This document shows positions 29,230-37,948 of a stretch of 64,000 bases of DNA, in pieces (within the stretch, counting starts at the first letter, position 1; each line of letters begins with the position of its first letter). The translations under genes were made by a program, and so were the position numbers. The stretch spans positions 576,001-640,000 of the forward strand of contig CBDCDC010000002.1 in NCBI GenBank assembly GCA_965215195.1. Reading direction: 5' to 3'. The notes beneath the pieces are model-generated. The model did not search any database, was not told where the DNA came from, and saw nothing but the letters and a program-made list of their open reading frames with translations. The stretch is from Candidatus Latescibacterota bacterium. GTDB lineage: Bacteria; Latescibacterota; UBA2968; UBA8231.

Positions 29230-30017
29230 TATTTTACTTGCTTGCGATTTAAGACCGCGTCTTGTCTCGCCGACGTGCGCATCCATTCCAAGAGGCGATA
29301 GCTTTCGCCCACCTGCCCCAAACCCAATAACGGCTGGGCGTGCCCTTGGATACAGGCGACGAAATTGCGATAGTACGCCGCCAGATCGTCCGCTTCCCAC
29401 GCCCAAGGCCAAGACGCATCGACTATTTCGTCCTGTGCATATGAGCGGATCCGCAAAGCCGGGGCCACAGCCGGAAAGTCGAAGAGCGCAACCGAGCCTT
29501 CGACGCCGTTGCGCATCCTCAGCAGCGCGAGCGACACATCCTCCATGCGCCCGGGATGAAAGAAGTTGCGCATCCTGCTGTACAGCACATCTACCGGCCC
29601 CCAAGTGCTCACCAGCAGGTCGCATACGTCCAAGATCGCTTGGTTGCAGATCGTCTCGCGGTCGATGGGATCGAAGGAAGCCGAATCAAAAGAAAGCTCT
29701 AAGGAGTAATGCGCTACGCCTCGTCGGGCGGCCAGAGCCGCGCAAAAGCGCGTATGCCGCCCCAAGGACAGCACACCTACATTCGGATGGCTACCCTGTA
29801 CGGGATGGGTCGCCATAACGTGCAGACCGACCGCTGTGGCCACGCCGATCCAGTGCGATTTATCGTCCACGTGTAACAGCACTAGCCCATCTATTTCTTG
29901 CTCCAAAACCGCGGCGCAGTCGGCTTGGTGTACGAGCTGGATATCGCAGCAACCCCGCAAGGCACCCCGATGGGCGGCTACCTCGCGGGCATGGCCTACC
30001 ACGCCGAGCGTCATCAT
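29229..30017 (-). CDS. Divergent Gfo/Idh/MocA-like oxidoreductase
   Basis: TLGVVG start, EDVSLALLRMRNGVEGSV, FVACIQG..P...G..S..LLE C-terminus. Confidence 0.6.
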   Translation of the reverse strand: MMTLGVVGHAREVAAHRGALRGCCDIQLVHQADCAAVLEQEIDGLVLLHVDDKSHWIGVATAVGLHVMATHPVQGSHPNVGVLSLGRHTRFCAALAARRGVAHYSLELSFDSASFDPIDRETICNQAILDVCDLLVSTWGPVDVLYSRMRNFFHPGRMEDVSLALLRMRNGVEGSVALFDFPAVAPALRIRSYAQDEIVDASWPWAWEADDLAAYYRNFVACIQGHAQPLLGLGQVGESYRLLEWMRTSARQDAVLNRKQVK

Positions 30018-30952
30018 GTCTTACCCGCCTTAATCCGCTCGCGGAGCCGCTCGCTAAACGCCTGCGCTGCGTGCGCTCCCTCCAAGCGCAAGAGGTAATC
30101 CATCGCTATAGTCTCGGCGAGTACCGTGATATTTTTGCCGGGAAACAGCGGTATGAAGACCTCGGGCACCTCAACGCCGAGGATTACCACCTTATTGTCT
30201 TCGAGGCCAAGGCGTTCGTATGCGTATTTTTCGTCCCAATCAACTAGGTTGACCAATACCTCCACCCGCTTCTGTCGGCGAGTCCCCCACACGCCAAACA
30301 TCTTTTTTACGTCTAGGATGCCAATGCCGCGAATTTCGATGTGGTCTTGGAGCATCTCCGAGCTGCGCCCCACCAAAATGCCTTGGGGCTTGCGGTTGAT
30401 GATGACCATATCGTCGGCCACCAACCGATGTCCGCGCTCAACCAAATCCAAGGCGACCTCGCTTTTGCCAATGCCGCTGCGGCCGCGAAAGAGCAGCCCT
30501 ACCCCAGAGACATCGAGCAGCGTCCCATGCACGGACACTTGGGGCGCGAACACCTCGTCGAGGTAAAAGCGGATGAGATGGGTAAACTCGGCTGTGTTGA
30601 ATTCGGACTTCAGCAGTGGCACCGTGCATTCGTCGGCTAGCTGCCGCAACTCGGAGTACACGCGCCCCCGACCGGTCCAGACCACGCAGGGAATATCGAA
30701 TTGATATATGATTTTGAGGGCCTGTCGCCGTCGCTCTGAGGATAAGCTGCACAGGTACTCCGCTTCGGTATTGCCCAAGAGCTGCACTTGATCTAAGGTG
30801 AACAACTCAACGAAGCCGGTCAGGGCCAAGCCGGGGCGATGGATGTCGCTGTTGTTGATGGTCCGCTGTACCCCCTTGGCACCGGCGATGAGCTTCAGCC
30901 GCAGTTGCTGCCCGTAGGTAGCTAGCAGATCTTTGATGGCCAGTTCACTCAT
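30014..30952 (-). CDS. hprK: HPr kinase/phosphorylase
   Basis: HRPGLALTG, GRSGIGKSEVALDLVERGHRLVADD, EIRGIGI. Confidence 0.96.
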   Translation of the reverse strand: MSELAIKDLLATYGQQLRLKLIAGAKGVQRTINNSDIHRPGLALTGFVELFTLDQVQLLGNTEAEYLCSLSSERRRQALKIIYQFDIPCVVWTGRGRVYSELRQLADECTVPLLKSEFNTAEFTHLIRFYLDEVFAPQVSVHGTLLDVSGVGLLFRGRSGIGKSEVALDLVERGHRLVADDMVIINRKPQGILVGRSSEMLQDHIEIRGIGILDVKKMFGVWGTRRQKRVEVLVNLVDWDEKYAYERLGLEDNKVVILGVEVPEVFIPLFPGKNITVLAETIAMDYLLRLEGAHAAQAFSERLRERIKAGKT

Positions 30953-31850
30953 CGCTGCGCAAGCTTTCGAAGATGCGCCGGTATCCTTCGTAGCGCACCG
31001 ACGCTACCCGGCCGGCCGCCACAGCCGTGCGAACCGCGCAACCGGGTTCGTGCAAGTGGCTGCAATCGCCGAATTGACACTGGCCGAGCAGAGGTTCTAG
31101 CTCGGGATAATACGTCTCTAGCTCAGCGGATTTTACTCCCCATAAGCGGAGCTCTTTAACCCCTGGCGTATCGGCCACATAGCCGCCTTGTTGCAACTTG
31201 AACAAATGCACGGCCGCGGTCGTGTGCCGGCCGCGGTCATGGCGCTTCATTATTTCCTTTGTCTTTAGTCCCAACCCCGGTTCGATGCCGTTGAGCAAGG
31301 TCGATTTGCCGACCCCAGACTGGCCGATCACGGCCGTGCTGCGATTGAGCAGGGCCTCTTTGAACGCGCCCATGCCATCGCCCCGCACGGCACTGGTGCG
31401 ATAGATTGGATAACCGAGGGCCTCGTAGGGCGCACTTAGGGTGTTCACGGCCGCTGCGGACGCTAAATCGACCTTGTTGATGCAGAGCACGGGCTGGAGA
31501 TTTCCCTTGGCGGCCATGACAATCGCTCGCTCGATAAAGCCGCGGCGGGGCCTCGGTTGGCGAGCGGCCACGACGACGACCACTTGTTCCATATTGACAA
31601 CGAGGATCTGCTCAAACGGGCGCGTCCCACTGGCCCCGCGCGAAAACTTGGAAGATCGGGGATGCACTGCTTCGATGACGCCCGTCCGTTCGGCCGTAGG
31701 CGCGACATCGACCCAGTCGCCGGCCGCGACCGGGGAACTAGTCTTGCGACATCCTGCCTTGAGGCGGCCCCTAATCTCGCATTGCCAGTGGCTTTGCTCA
31801 ACCTCGACGAGGCACTGTAGCCCAGAGACTCTGATGATGCGGCCCTGCAT
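30945..31850 (-). CDS. rsgA: Ribosome small subunit-dependent GTPase RsgA
   Basis: NKVDL, GQSGVGKSTL, GRHTT, DTPG, CQFGDCSHLHEPGC. Confidence 0.96.
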   Translation of the reverse strand: MQGRIIRVSGLQCLVEVEQSHWQCEIRGRLKAGCRKTSSPVAAGDWVDVAPTAERTGVIEAVHPRSSKFSRGASGTRPFEQILVVNMEQVVVVVAARQPRPRRGFIERAIVMAAKGNLQPVLCINKVDLASAAAVNTLSAPYEALGYPIYRTSAVRGDGMGAFKEALLNRSTAVIGQSGVGKSTLLNGIEPGLGLKTKEIMKRHDRGRHTTAAVHLFKLQQGGYVADTPGVKELRLWGVKSAELETYYPELEPLLGQCQFGDCSHLHEPGCAVRTAVAAGRVASVRYEGYRRIFESLRSDE

Positions 31851-31866
31851 GTGCGCCCGCCCCGGC

Positions 31867-32613
31867 CTATTCCCCTTTGGCCAAGCGCTCGGCTAGGTAG
31901 TTGGGGTAGCCGAGGTTGTCGATCTTCTGTTGGGTCAGCTTGACTGGGTATTCGACGCGCTGGAGTTCGACCCATTGTTCGTCCGCGTCCCACAAGGTGT
32001 ATGCCGACCGCCAGTCGCCATCGCGGGGTTGGCCGACGCTGCCGACGGTGACCAAGTATTGGTGATCCCCTATGGCGGCCCTAGCCGAGGTCAGCGGCAC
32101 GGGCTTGTTCGCGCCTAAAGGCGCGGCGAAGTCGCGCATCTGGCAGTAGATGCGCGCTTCGTGTGTGTGGCCGACAAAAGCCAATGGCCACTTGAGCTGG
32201 CTCATGCACCAAGCGACGCGATCGTACAAGAGGAGGGGTTCCCATTCTTCGGGCTTGAGGGGGTTGGCATGGGACAAAGCCGCATTGCGCTCCATGCGCC
32301 GAAAAACCCCTTGCCGCAAAAAGTCGCGTTCTTCCTCCCCCAACACCTCGCATGCTTGGTAGAGCGAAGGGCGGGCTAGCAGGTTAAAAGACTGGATACG
32401 CACCGGCTCCAGCACAGCTTGATCGTGGTTGCCCAGTACGATCTGTGCCTCTACCTCCTTGAGCCGATAGATACAGCCCAAGGGATCGGGACCGTACCCC
32501 ACGATGTCCCCCAAGCAGATAATGCGCTCGGCACCGGCATTGGCCGCAGCGATCAATACGGCCTCTAGCGCTTCGAGATTGGCGTGAATATCGGCGAGCA
32601 CTGCGATCTTCAA
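31867..32613 (-). CDS. Calcineurin-like metallophosphoesterase
   Basis: DIHAN, GDIVGYG, GNHD, GHTH, GSVGQPRDGD. Confidence 0.92.
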   Translation of the reverse strand: MKIAVLADIHANLEALEAVLIAAANAGAERIICLGDIVGYGPDPLGCIYRLKEVEAQIVLGNHDQAVLEPVRIQSFNLLARPSLYQACEVLGEEERDFLRQGVFRRMERNAALSHANPLKPEEWEPLLLYDRVAWCMSQLKWPLAFVGHTHEARIYCQMRDFAAPLGANKPVPLTSARAAIGDHQYLVTVGSVGQPRDGDWRSAYTLWDADEQWVELQRVEYPVKLTQQKIDNLGYPNYLAERLAKGE

Positions 32614-32624
32614 AAGGCCCCGCC

Positions 32625-33548
32625 TCAGTTGAATAGTGCGCTAATGGACGTTTCTTCGTGGATCGCACGGATGGCACTGGCAAAGAGAGGAGCCACCGAG
32701 CACACCTGCATCATGGGTGTGCGGGCGTCCGCCGGCAAGGGAATCGTATCGGTAATGGCGAGGGCTTGGAGACTAAATTGATCCAGTCGCGCGATCGTCT
32801 CCTTGGTGAGGGTGCCGTGGACGCAACCAGCGTAGATTTTGTGCGCTCCGCGCTCCTTGACGGCGGCGGCACCCTTGAGAATGGAAATGCCGGTAATGAT
32901 CGCGTCGTCGAAGAATACAACATCTCGGTCCGCTACGTCGCCAATGACCCTGTTTTCCCCGGCGCGCTGATCGACGACCACGAGGGGCAACCCCAACCGC
33001 TGGGCATAGGTCTCGGTGACCTTGGCGCGGCTGATGTCTGGAGCGGCCGCAACCAAGTTGGCTCGGTCGAGGTCGGCGTAATAAGCGCATATCGCCGGGA
33101 CGCCGCTCAGTTGGTCCACTAGGATCCGGCTAAAGCCCATAGTCTGCGGGCTGTGTAAGGTCATGGTGAGAATGCGGTCCGCTCCGGCTTCGGCGATCAG
33201 ATCTGCCACCAAGCGGCCGGCCACAGAAATCCTCGGCTCGTCCTTGCTGTCGGCCAGCGCATACGGATAGTACGGCAGGACAGCGGTGATGCGGCCAGCC
33301 GAGGCGTATTTTAGGGCGTCGAGGGCTATGAGCAACTCCATCAAGTAGGAGCTAACGGGCGGACACGAGGTTTGAATAAAGAACACATCGCGGCCGCGCA
33401 CGTTTTCACAGATCTTTACCTTTATATTTTCGTTGCTAAAGTCGATGAACTCAATGCGCCCGGGCTCAATGGCCAGCGACCGGTAAATGCCTTCGGCCAG
33501 TGCGGGATTGCTCCGCCCGGCGAAAACCTTGAGATTCGCACTCCCCAT
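32625..33548 (-). CDS. prs: Ribose-phosphate pyrophosphokinase paralog, catalytically degenerate
   Basis: PRS fold motifs (ENVRGRDVF, ITAVLPYYPY, SVAPLFA), but the catalytic DKRR motif is replaced by DQRA. Confidence 0.85.
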   Translation of the reverse strand: MGSANLKVFAGRSNPALAEGIYRSLAIEPGRIEFIDFSNENIKVKICENVRGRDVFFIQTSCPPVSSYLMELLIALDALKYASAGRITAVLPYYPYALADSKDEPRISVAGRLVADLIAEAGADRILTMTLHSPQTMGFSRILVDQLSGVPAICAYYADLDRANLVAAAPDISRAKVTETYAQRLGLPLVVVDQRAGENRVIGDVADRDVVFFDDAIITGISILKGAAAVKERGAHKIYAGCVHGTLTKETIARLDQFSLQALAITDTIPLPADARTPMMQVCSVAPLFASAIRAIHEETSISALFN

Positions 33549-33559
33549 CAGTAGGCCCC

Positions 33560-34228
33560 CTAGAACATGGCTAGTGCAGCGCGGGCTTGAGCGGCAATCG
33601 GGTACTGGCCGAAGGCGCGACTGACCTCTTCGAGTAGGGCCTGTTGCTTGTCGCTCTCGCCGGCCAACCCATAGATGCGGGCTGCTTCCATCCGCGCCAT
33701 GGCCTCGCGGATAGTCCCGGCCTGTTGGGCCGCATAGGCTTCGTAGTGCTCGGCTGCGGCCCAGAGCTGCCCTTCGGCTTCGAGACAGGCACCGAGGCCG
33801 CTCTGGGCCGCATAGGCCAACACATCCAAAGGCTCGTAGTTGTCCAAGTAGCTCTGGTAGTAGATCCGAGCCTCGGCATAGCGGCCCTGTGCGTAGTGGA
33901 GATTGGCCAAGAGCACGACCCCTTGGGCCGCAGCCGGGGTCCCGGCATAGGAGGACACCAACTCTTCGGCCAAGCGGATCGCCTCGGTCGGCTCGCCGCC
34001 CTGTTCGACCATCAGCACATCGCCGAGTAGGGCCGCGGCCTTGAGCCTATTGGCCTCCTTGGACTCGATGAAATAATTGATGGCCATAACGACGGCTATC
34101 GCGGCGACAGCCCCACTGACAAAGAGGCGGGCGCGCTCCTTGACGTACTCGACCGCCTGCATGATCCATTCGACAAACTCGTCTTCGCGGAGTTCGCTCT
34201 TGCTCAGTTTACGGCGTTCACTCGACAT
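33560..34228 (-). CDS. Membrane-anchored TPR protein (YfgM-like)
   Basis: ELREDEF N-terminus, single TM, TPR helices. Confidence 0.8.
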   Translation of the reverse strand: MSSERRKLSKSELREDEFVEWIMQAVEYVKERARLFVSGAVAAIAVVMAINYFIESKEANRLKAAALLGDVLMVEQGGEPTEAIRLAEELVSSYAGTPAAAQGVVLLANLHYAQGRYAEARIYYQSYLDNYEPLDVLAYAAQSGLGACLEAEGQLWAAAEHYEAYAAQQAGTIREAMARMEAARIYGLAGESDKQQALLEEVSRAFGQYPIAAQARAALAMF

Positions 34229-34264
34229 GATGGTATGGCGTCTCCCTAGTTTTGGATTCAGGTT

Positions 34265-34777
34265 TTAATAAACGATAGCGCTTGCCAATTTGTACCCGTG
34301 CAAGAGGCGGCGGCCCGACAGAAAGCTCAATTCGGCCAAAACGCTGATGCCGGCGACAACGGCCCCGAGTTTTTCGAGCACTTGACACGTTGCCGCCAAG
34401 GTCCCGCCGGTGGCCAAAACGTCATCCACGACCAATACCTTTTGCCCCGGTGCTACGGCATCAGTGTGTATTTCTAAGGCCGTCTCGCCGTATTCGAGCG
34501 CGTAGGCGCGGCGCAGCGTGGCTGCCGGTAGCTTACCCGGTTTGCGCATTGGAACAAAACCGCATCCCAATTCGAGGGCGATGGGCACCGCGAACACAAA
34601 CCCGCGGGCCTCTATGCCGACGACTAGGTCCACTTCGGCTTCCGCAAAGGGTTCGAGCATGGTTTGGACCGCGGCCGATAAACCAGCCGGGTCTTTGAGC
34701 AGTGGCGTGATGTCTTTGTATGAGACGCCGTCTTGCGGGAAATTGGGGATTTCGCGGATGAGGTCTTTTAGGCTCAT
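34265..34777 (-). CDS. apt: Adenine phosphoribosyltransferase
   Basis: GIEARGF, RKPGKLP, YALEYG, VDDVLATGGT. Confidence 0.96.
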   Translation of the reverse strand: MSLKDLIREIPNFPQDGVSYKDITPLLKDPAGLSAAVQTMLEPFAEAEVDLVVGIEARGFVFAVPIALELGCGFVPMRKPGKLPAATLRRAYALEYGETALEIHTDAVAPGQKVLVVDDVLATGGTLAATCQVLEKLGAVVAGISVLAELSFLSGRRLLHGYKLASAIVY

Positions 34778-34803
34778 TTTACATATTATAATTTATAAGT
34801 CTT
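34776..34803 (-). other. dif-like site S4
   Basis: Minus strand AAGACTTATAA-ATTATA-ATATGTAAAAT; fills the gap between the small gene and apt. Confidence 0.6.
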
Positions 34804-34963
34804 AAAACAGCGCGTAAATAAACGGGGCCACAGCCGACCCTTGGGTCGTGACTATTAACAGCGCCAACAGGATCAAAGTGGCGAATATCGGCCCCAACCA
34901 CCACTTTTTGCGCACCTTCATAAAATCCCATAACTCAGCGAAAATACTCAATTTACTTGGCAT
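34802..34963 (-). CDS. Small DUF5989-like membrane protein (53 aa, not in the ORF track)
   Basis: MPSKLSIFAELWDFMKVRKKWWLGPIFATLILLALLIVTTQGSAVAPFIYALF. Confidence 0.85.
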   Translation of the reverse strand: MPSKLSIFAELWDFMKVRKKWWLGPIFATLILLALLIVTTQGSAVAPFIYALF

Positions 34964-34966
34964 TAC

Positions 34967-35917
34967 CTAGCCCTCCCACTCAATCAAGCGGCTCACGGAT
35001 TCGCCGTGGTGAATGGCTTTGATCGCATCCCCCAACAAGCGGGCGACGCTCAACACGGCAATTTTGCGCCTCGGCTTGCCCGCAGGCAAGGGAATGGTAT
35101 TCGTGGTGGCAAATGCTTCCACCGAGGAGGCATCGATCTTCTCTAAGGCTTGCCCGGAAAAAACGCCGTGCGTACAACCGGCCAGTATTCGGCGCACACC
35201 CCTTTCTTTGAGGACCCGTATCGACTCCATCATGGACCCTCCTGTCAGCACTTCTTCGTCGAAGAGCAAGGCGTCGCGGCCTTCGACCTCGCCGATCATA
35301 TTTTTGATTTCGACCTTTTCGTCGTCCGCGTGGCGGCGTTTGTCCATAATGGCCATCGGCAAGCCGAGCCGACGGGCGTACGCACTCGCTTCATCGGCAC
35401 TCCCAACATCGGGCGACACCACCACGGCGTTGCTGAGGTCTTTCATCCGCATAAAATTGCACAGCAGACTCGTAGCCCACAATTGGTCAACCGGAATGCG
35501 CGAGAACGCCACGATTTGCGGGCTGTGCAAGGTAATGGTCAAGATGCGGTCGGCCCCGGCCACTTGGAGTAAGTCGGCGACGAGGCGGGCACTAATAGAA
35601 ATGCGCGGTTCGTCCTTTTTGTCGGCGCGCACATAGGGATAATAGGGCAGCACGGCCGTAATCCGGCGCGACGACGCGTACTTGAGCGCGTCGATTAGCA
35701 ATAGAAGCTCAACAAAGTGATGATTGACCGGAGGGGCTGACGTCTGGATGACGAAGACGTCGTCTTCGCGCACGTTCTCCTCAATTTTAACCTTTATATT
35801 GTCGTTGGGCTCGCGGACGATCTGGCGGCGAGTAGGCACAATGGCCAAGTAATCACATATTTCTTGGGCCAGCTTTGGATTGCTCGAACCCGACAATATT
35901 TTCAGGTGATTTTTCAT
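34967..35917 (-). CDS. prs: Ribose-phosphate pyrophosphokinase
   Basis: PYYPYVRADKK, VVSPDVG, IMDKRR, LTGGS. Confidence 0.92.
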   Translation of the reverse strand: MKNHLKILSGSSNPKLAQEICDYLAIVPTRRQIVREPNDNIKVKIEENVREDDVFVIQTSAPPVNHHFVELLLLIDALKYASSRRITAVLPYYPYVRADKKDEPRISISARLVADLLQVAGADRILTITLHSPQIVAFSRIPVDQLWATSLLCNFMRMKDLSNAVVVSPDVGSADEASAYARRLGLPMAIMDKRRHADDEKVEIKNMIGEVEGRDALLFDEEVLTGGSMMESIRVLKERGVRRILAGCTHGVFSGQALEKIDASSVEAFATTNTIPLPAGKPRRKIAVLSVARLLGDAIKAIHHGESVSRLIEWEG

Positions 35918-35974
35918 ACTCTAATCCCAATTGTAACATTAAAGACCGGCCCAAACTAAGGCAAGAGGGCCGCC

Positions 35975-36003
35975 TTGACAGCCCATTGGTGCAAAACTAA
36001 CTT
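35975..36003 (+). promoter_or_regulatory. vapBC promoter
   Basis: TTGACA-17-TAACTT. Confidence 0.6.
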
Positions 36004-36074
36004 GGCAATTTCCCGCCCACTTGTCAGACGCAACATCCTTCTCGCCGCCGCCGGCGGTGCAACGAAAGAGGCTT

Positions 36075-36332
36075 ATGGCGCGCGTGAATATCATGCTGCC
36101 GGACGATCTGCTCGAACGCATCGATCAAGTTGCACAGCAAGAGGGCGTAAGCCGCAGCAAACTCCTGCGCTTGGCCTTTGTGGCGTACTGCCAACAAAGG
36201 GAAGCAACATACGAGTACCAGCGGAAACAGGCGGCTATCGAACACGGAATAACGCTCCAAGACAGCCTGCGCAAAAAGGCCCTGCCTTGGGATCCGCTCC
36301 AGATCCTGCGCGCGGAACGGCGAGCGCGGTGA
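36075..36332 (+). CDS. CopG/RHH antitoxin (VapB-like)
   Basis: MARVNIMLPDDLLERIDQVAQQEGVSRSKLLR; GTGA overlap with the PIN gene. Confidence 0.85.
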   Translation: MARVNIMLPDDLLERIDQVAQQEGVSRSKLLRLAFVAYCQQREATYEYQRKQAAIEHGITLQDSLRKKALPWDPLQILRAERRAR

Positions 36333-36757
36333 TTCGCTACGCGCTAGATACCTCGGTTATGCTGAGGTGGTTTTCTTCAGCACACGATGTGGATACCCAC
36401 AAGGCCCTTGGGCTTCGCCAAGAGCGGCTAGCGGAAAGGGTCGAGCTAACCGTGCTCGACCAATCTATATACGAGTTAGCCCACGTTCTCAAGGAAAGCC
36501 AGCAATTCGAGCGGACCCATATAGACGACGCCTTGGCCAGCTTGGAGTACATGCACTTGGATATCGTGCCCTACAACCCCGAAATTATCCGCAAAGCCAC
36601 TCAAATCGCCTTTGAGCATTCCATCAGCATGTACGCCGCTGGCTTCATTGCCCTAGGTGCCCATCTCCGCTGCCAAGCCGTGACCAGCGATAGCGACCTG
36701 TACCGCAAAGTCGCCTCCCTGCCTTGGACCGCGCTTTTGGCCGACTTGAACTTCTAG
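36329..36757 (+). CDS. PIN-domain toxin (VapC-like)
   Basis: ALDTSVMLRWF, IYELAHVL, VTSD. Confidence 0.88.
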   Translation: MIRYALDTSVMLRWFSSAHDVDTHKALGLRQERLAERVELTVLDQSIYELAHVLKESQQFERTHIDDALASLEYMHLDIVPYNPEIIRKATQIAFEHSISMYAAGFIALGAHLRCQAVTSDSDLYRKVASLPWTALLADLNF

Positions 36758-37935
36758 ACCTCGGCAAGCGCCCTATCCAGATCGCCGATTAGCTCGGCGG
36801 CGTCCTCAATGCCCACTGCATAGCGCACCAACTGGTCGGTGATGCCGATGGCCAGCCGATCCTTCTGGCTTAAATCGTAATAGGAAACAGTGGCCGGATG
36901 CGAGACCAGCGTCTCCACCCCGCCCAAGCTCGGCGCGATATAAGGCACGGCTAGACGATGGACAAAATTCCGCGTCTGCTCGAGGGTGCCGTCGATCTCA
37001 AAGCTGATCAGCCCGCCAAAACCGCGCATTTGCTCTTTGGCGACGCGGTGATCGACATGGCTTTCGAGGCCCGGGTAAAAGACTTGGCGAACCTTGGGAT
37101 GACCCGCTAGGAACTGGGCCACCATCAGGGCTGTATCGTTCTGCCGCACAACCCGTAACGCGAGCGTCTTTAACCCCCGGATCAATAAATACGAGGTATT
37201 GGGGTCAACGATACTGCCAGTGATTCGTTGGTATTCGCCAATGGCCTCGACTAAAGGAGCCTTGCCGCAGACGACCCCCGCCATCAGATCATTGTGCCCG
37301 CCGAGGTATTTGGTGGCACTGTGGATGACCAGATCAACCCCGAAATCGAGGGGCCGCTGATTGACTGGCGTGGCCAAGGTGCTGTCAATGAGAACCTTGA
37401 GACGCCGCTGTTTGGCAAAAGCGACGAGCTGTTCCAAGTCGAGGACGTGCAGGTGGGGATTGGTCGGGGACTCGGTAAAGATCAAGCGGGTCTGCGGGCG
37501 CACCGCAGCCGCCAACGCATCCATATCACCGGGTTTAACTAGGGTGGATTCAATGCCGAATTTGGCCAAGACCTCGCAGAACTTGGCCGTCATGCGATAG
37601 CAATCTTCCATGAGCACCAAGTGTTGCCCATTGCGCAGCATCGCGTAGAGCACCGAGGTAATCGCGCTCATGCCCGACGAAAAGAGCAAGGCGGCTTCGG
37701 CGTTTTCCAAGGCGGCTATTCTGCGCTCGGCGGCCCGCTGGGTCGGATTGCCGTAGCGCCCGTATTCGTAGAGCGATTTTTCGCCGGCCTTAAAGGCGGC
37801 AAATTCATCTAGATCGGCAAAGGTATAGGTAGCCGTCTGGGCAATGGGATCGATGAGGGACTGGGCAAACTTATCTCGTTCCACGCCCCCGTGTACGGAA
37901 CGAGTCGATTCTCCTGCAAAACCATCGTGGTTCAT
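36754..37935 (-). CDS. metB: Cystathionine gamma-synthase (plant-type)
   Basis: YGRYGNPT, FSSGMSA, ESPTNP, HSATKYLGGHND (PLP lysine). Confidence 0.88.
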   Translation of the reverse strand: MNHDGFAGESTRSVHGGVERDKFAQSLIDPIAQTATYTFADLDEFAAFKAGEKSLYEYGRYGNPTQRAAERRIAALENAEAALLFSSGMSAITSVLYAMLRNGQHLVLMEDCYRMTAKFCEVLAKFGIESTLVKPGDMDALAAAVRPQTRLIFTESPTNPHLHVLDLEQLVAFAKQRRLKVLIDSTLATPVNQRPLDFGVDLVIHSATKYLGGHNDLMAGVVCGKAPLVEAIGEYQRITGSIVDPNTSYLLIRGLKTLALRVVRQNDTALMVAQFLAGHPKVRQVFYPGLESHVDHRVAKEQMRGFGGLISFEIDGTLEQTRNFVHRLAVPYIAPSLGGVETLVSHPATVSYYDLSQKDRLAIGITDQLVRYAVGIEDAAELIGDLDRALAEV

Positions 37936-37948
37936 TGTATTTGCTCTT

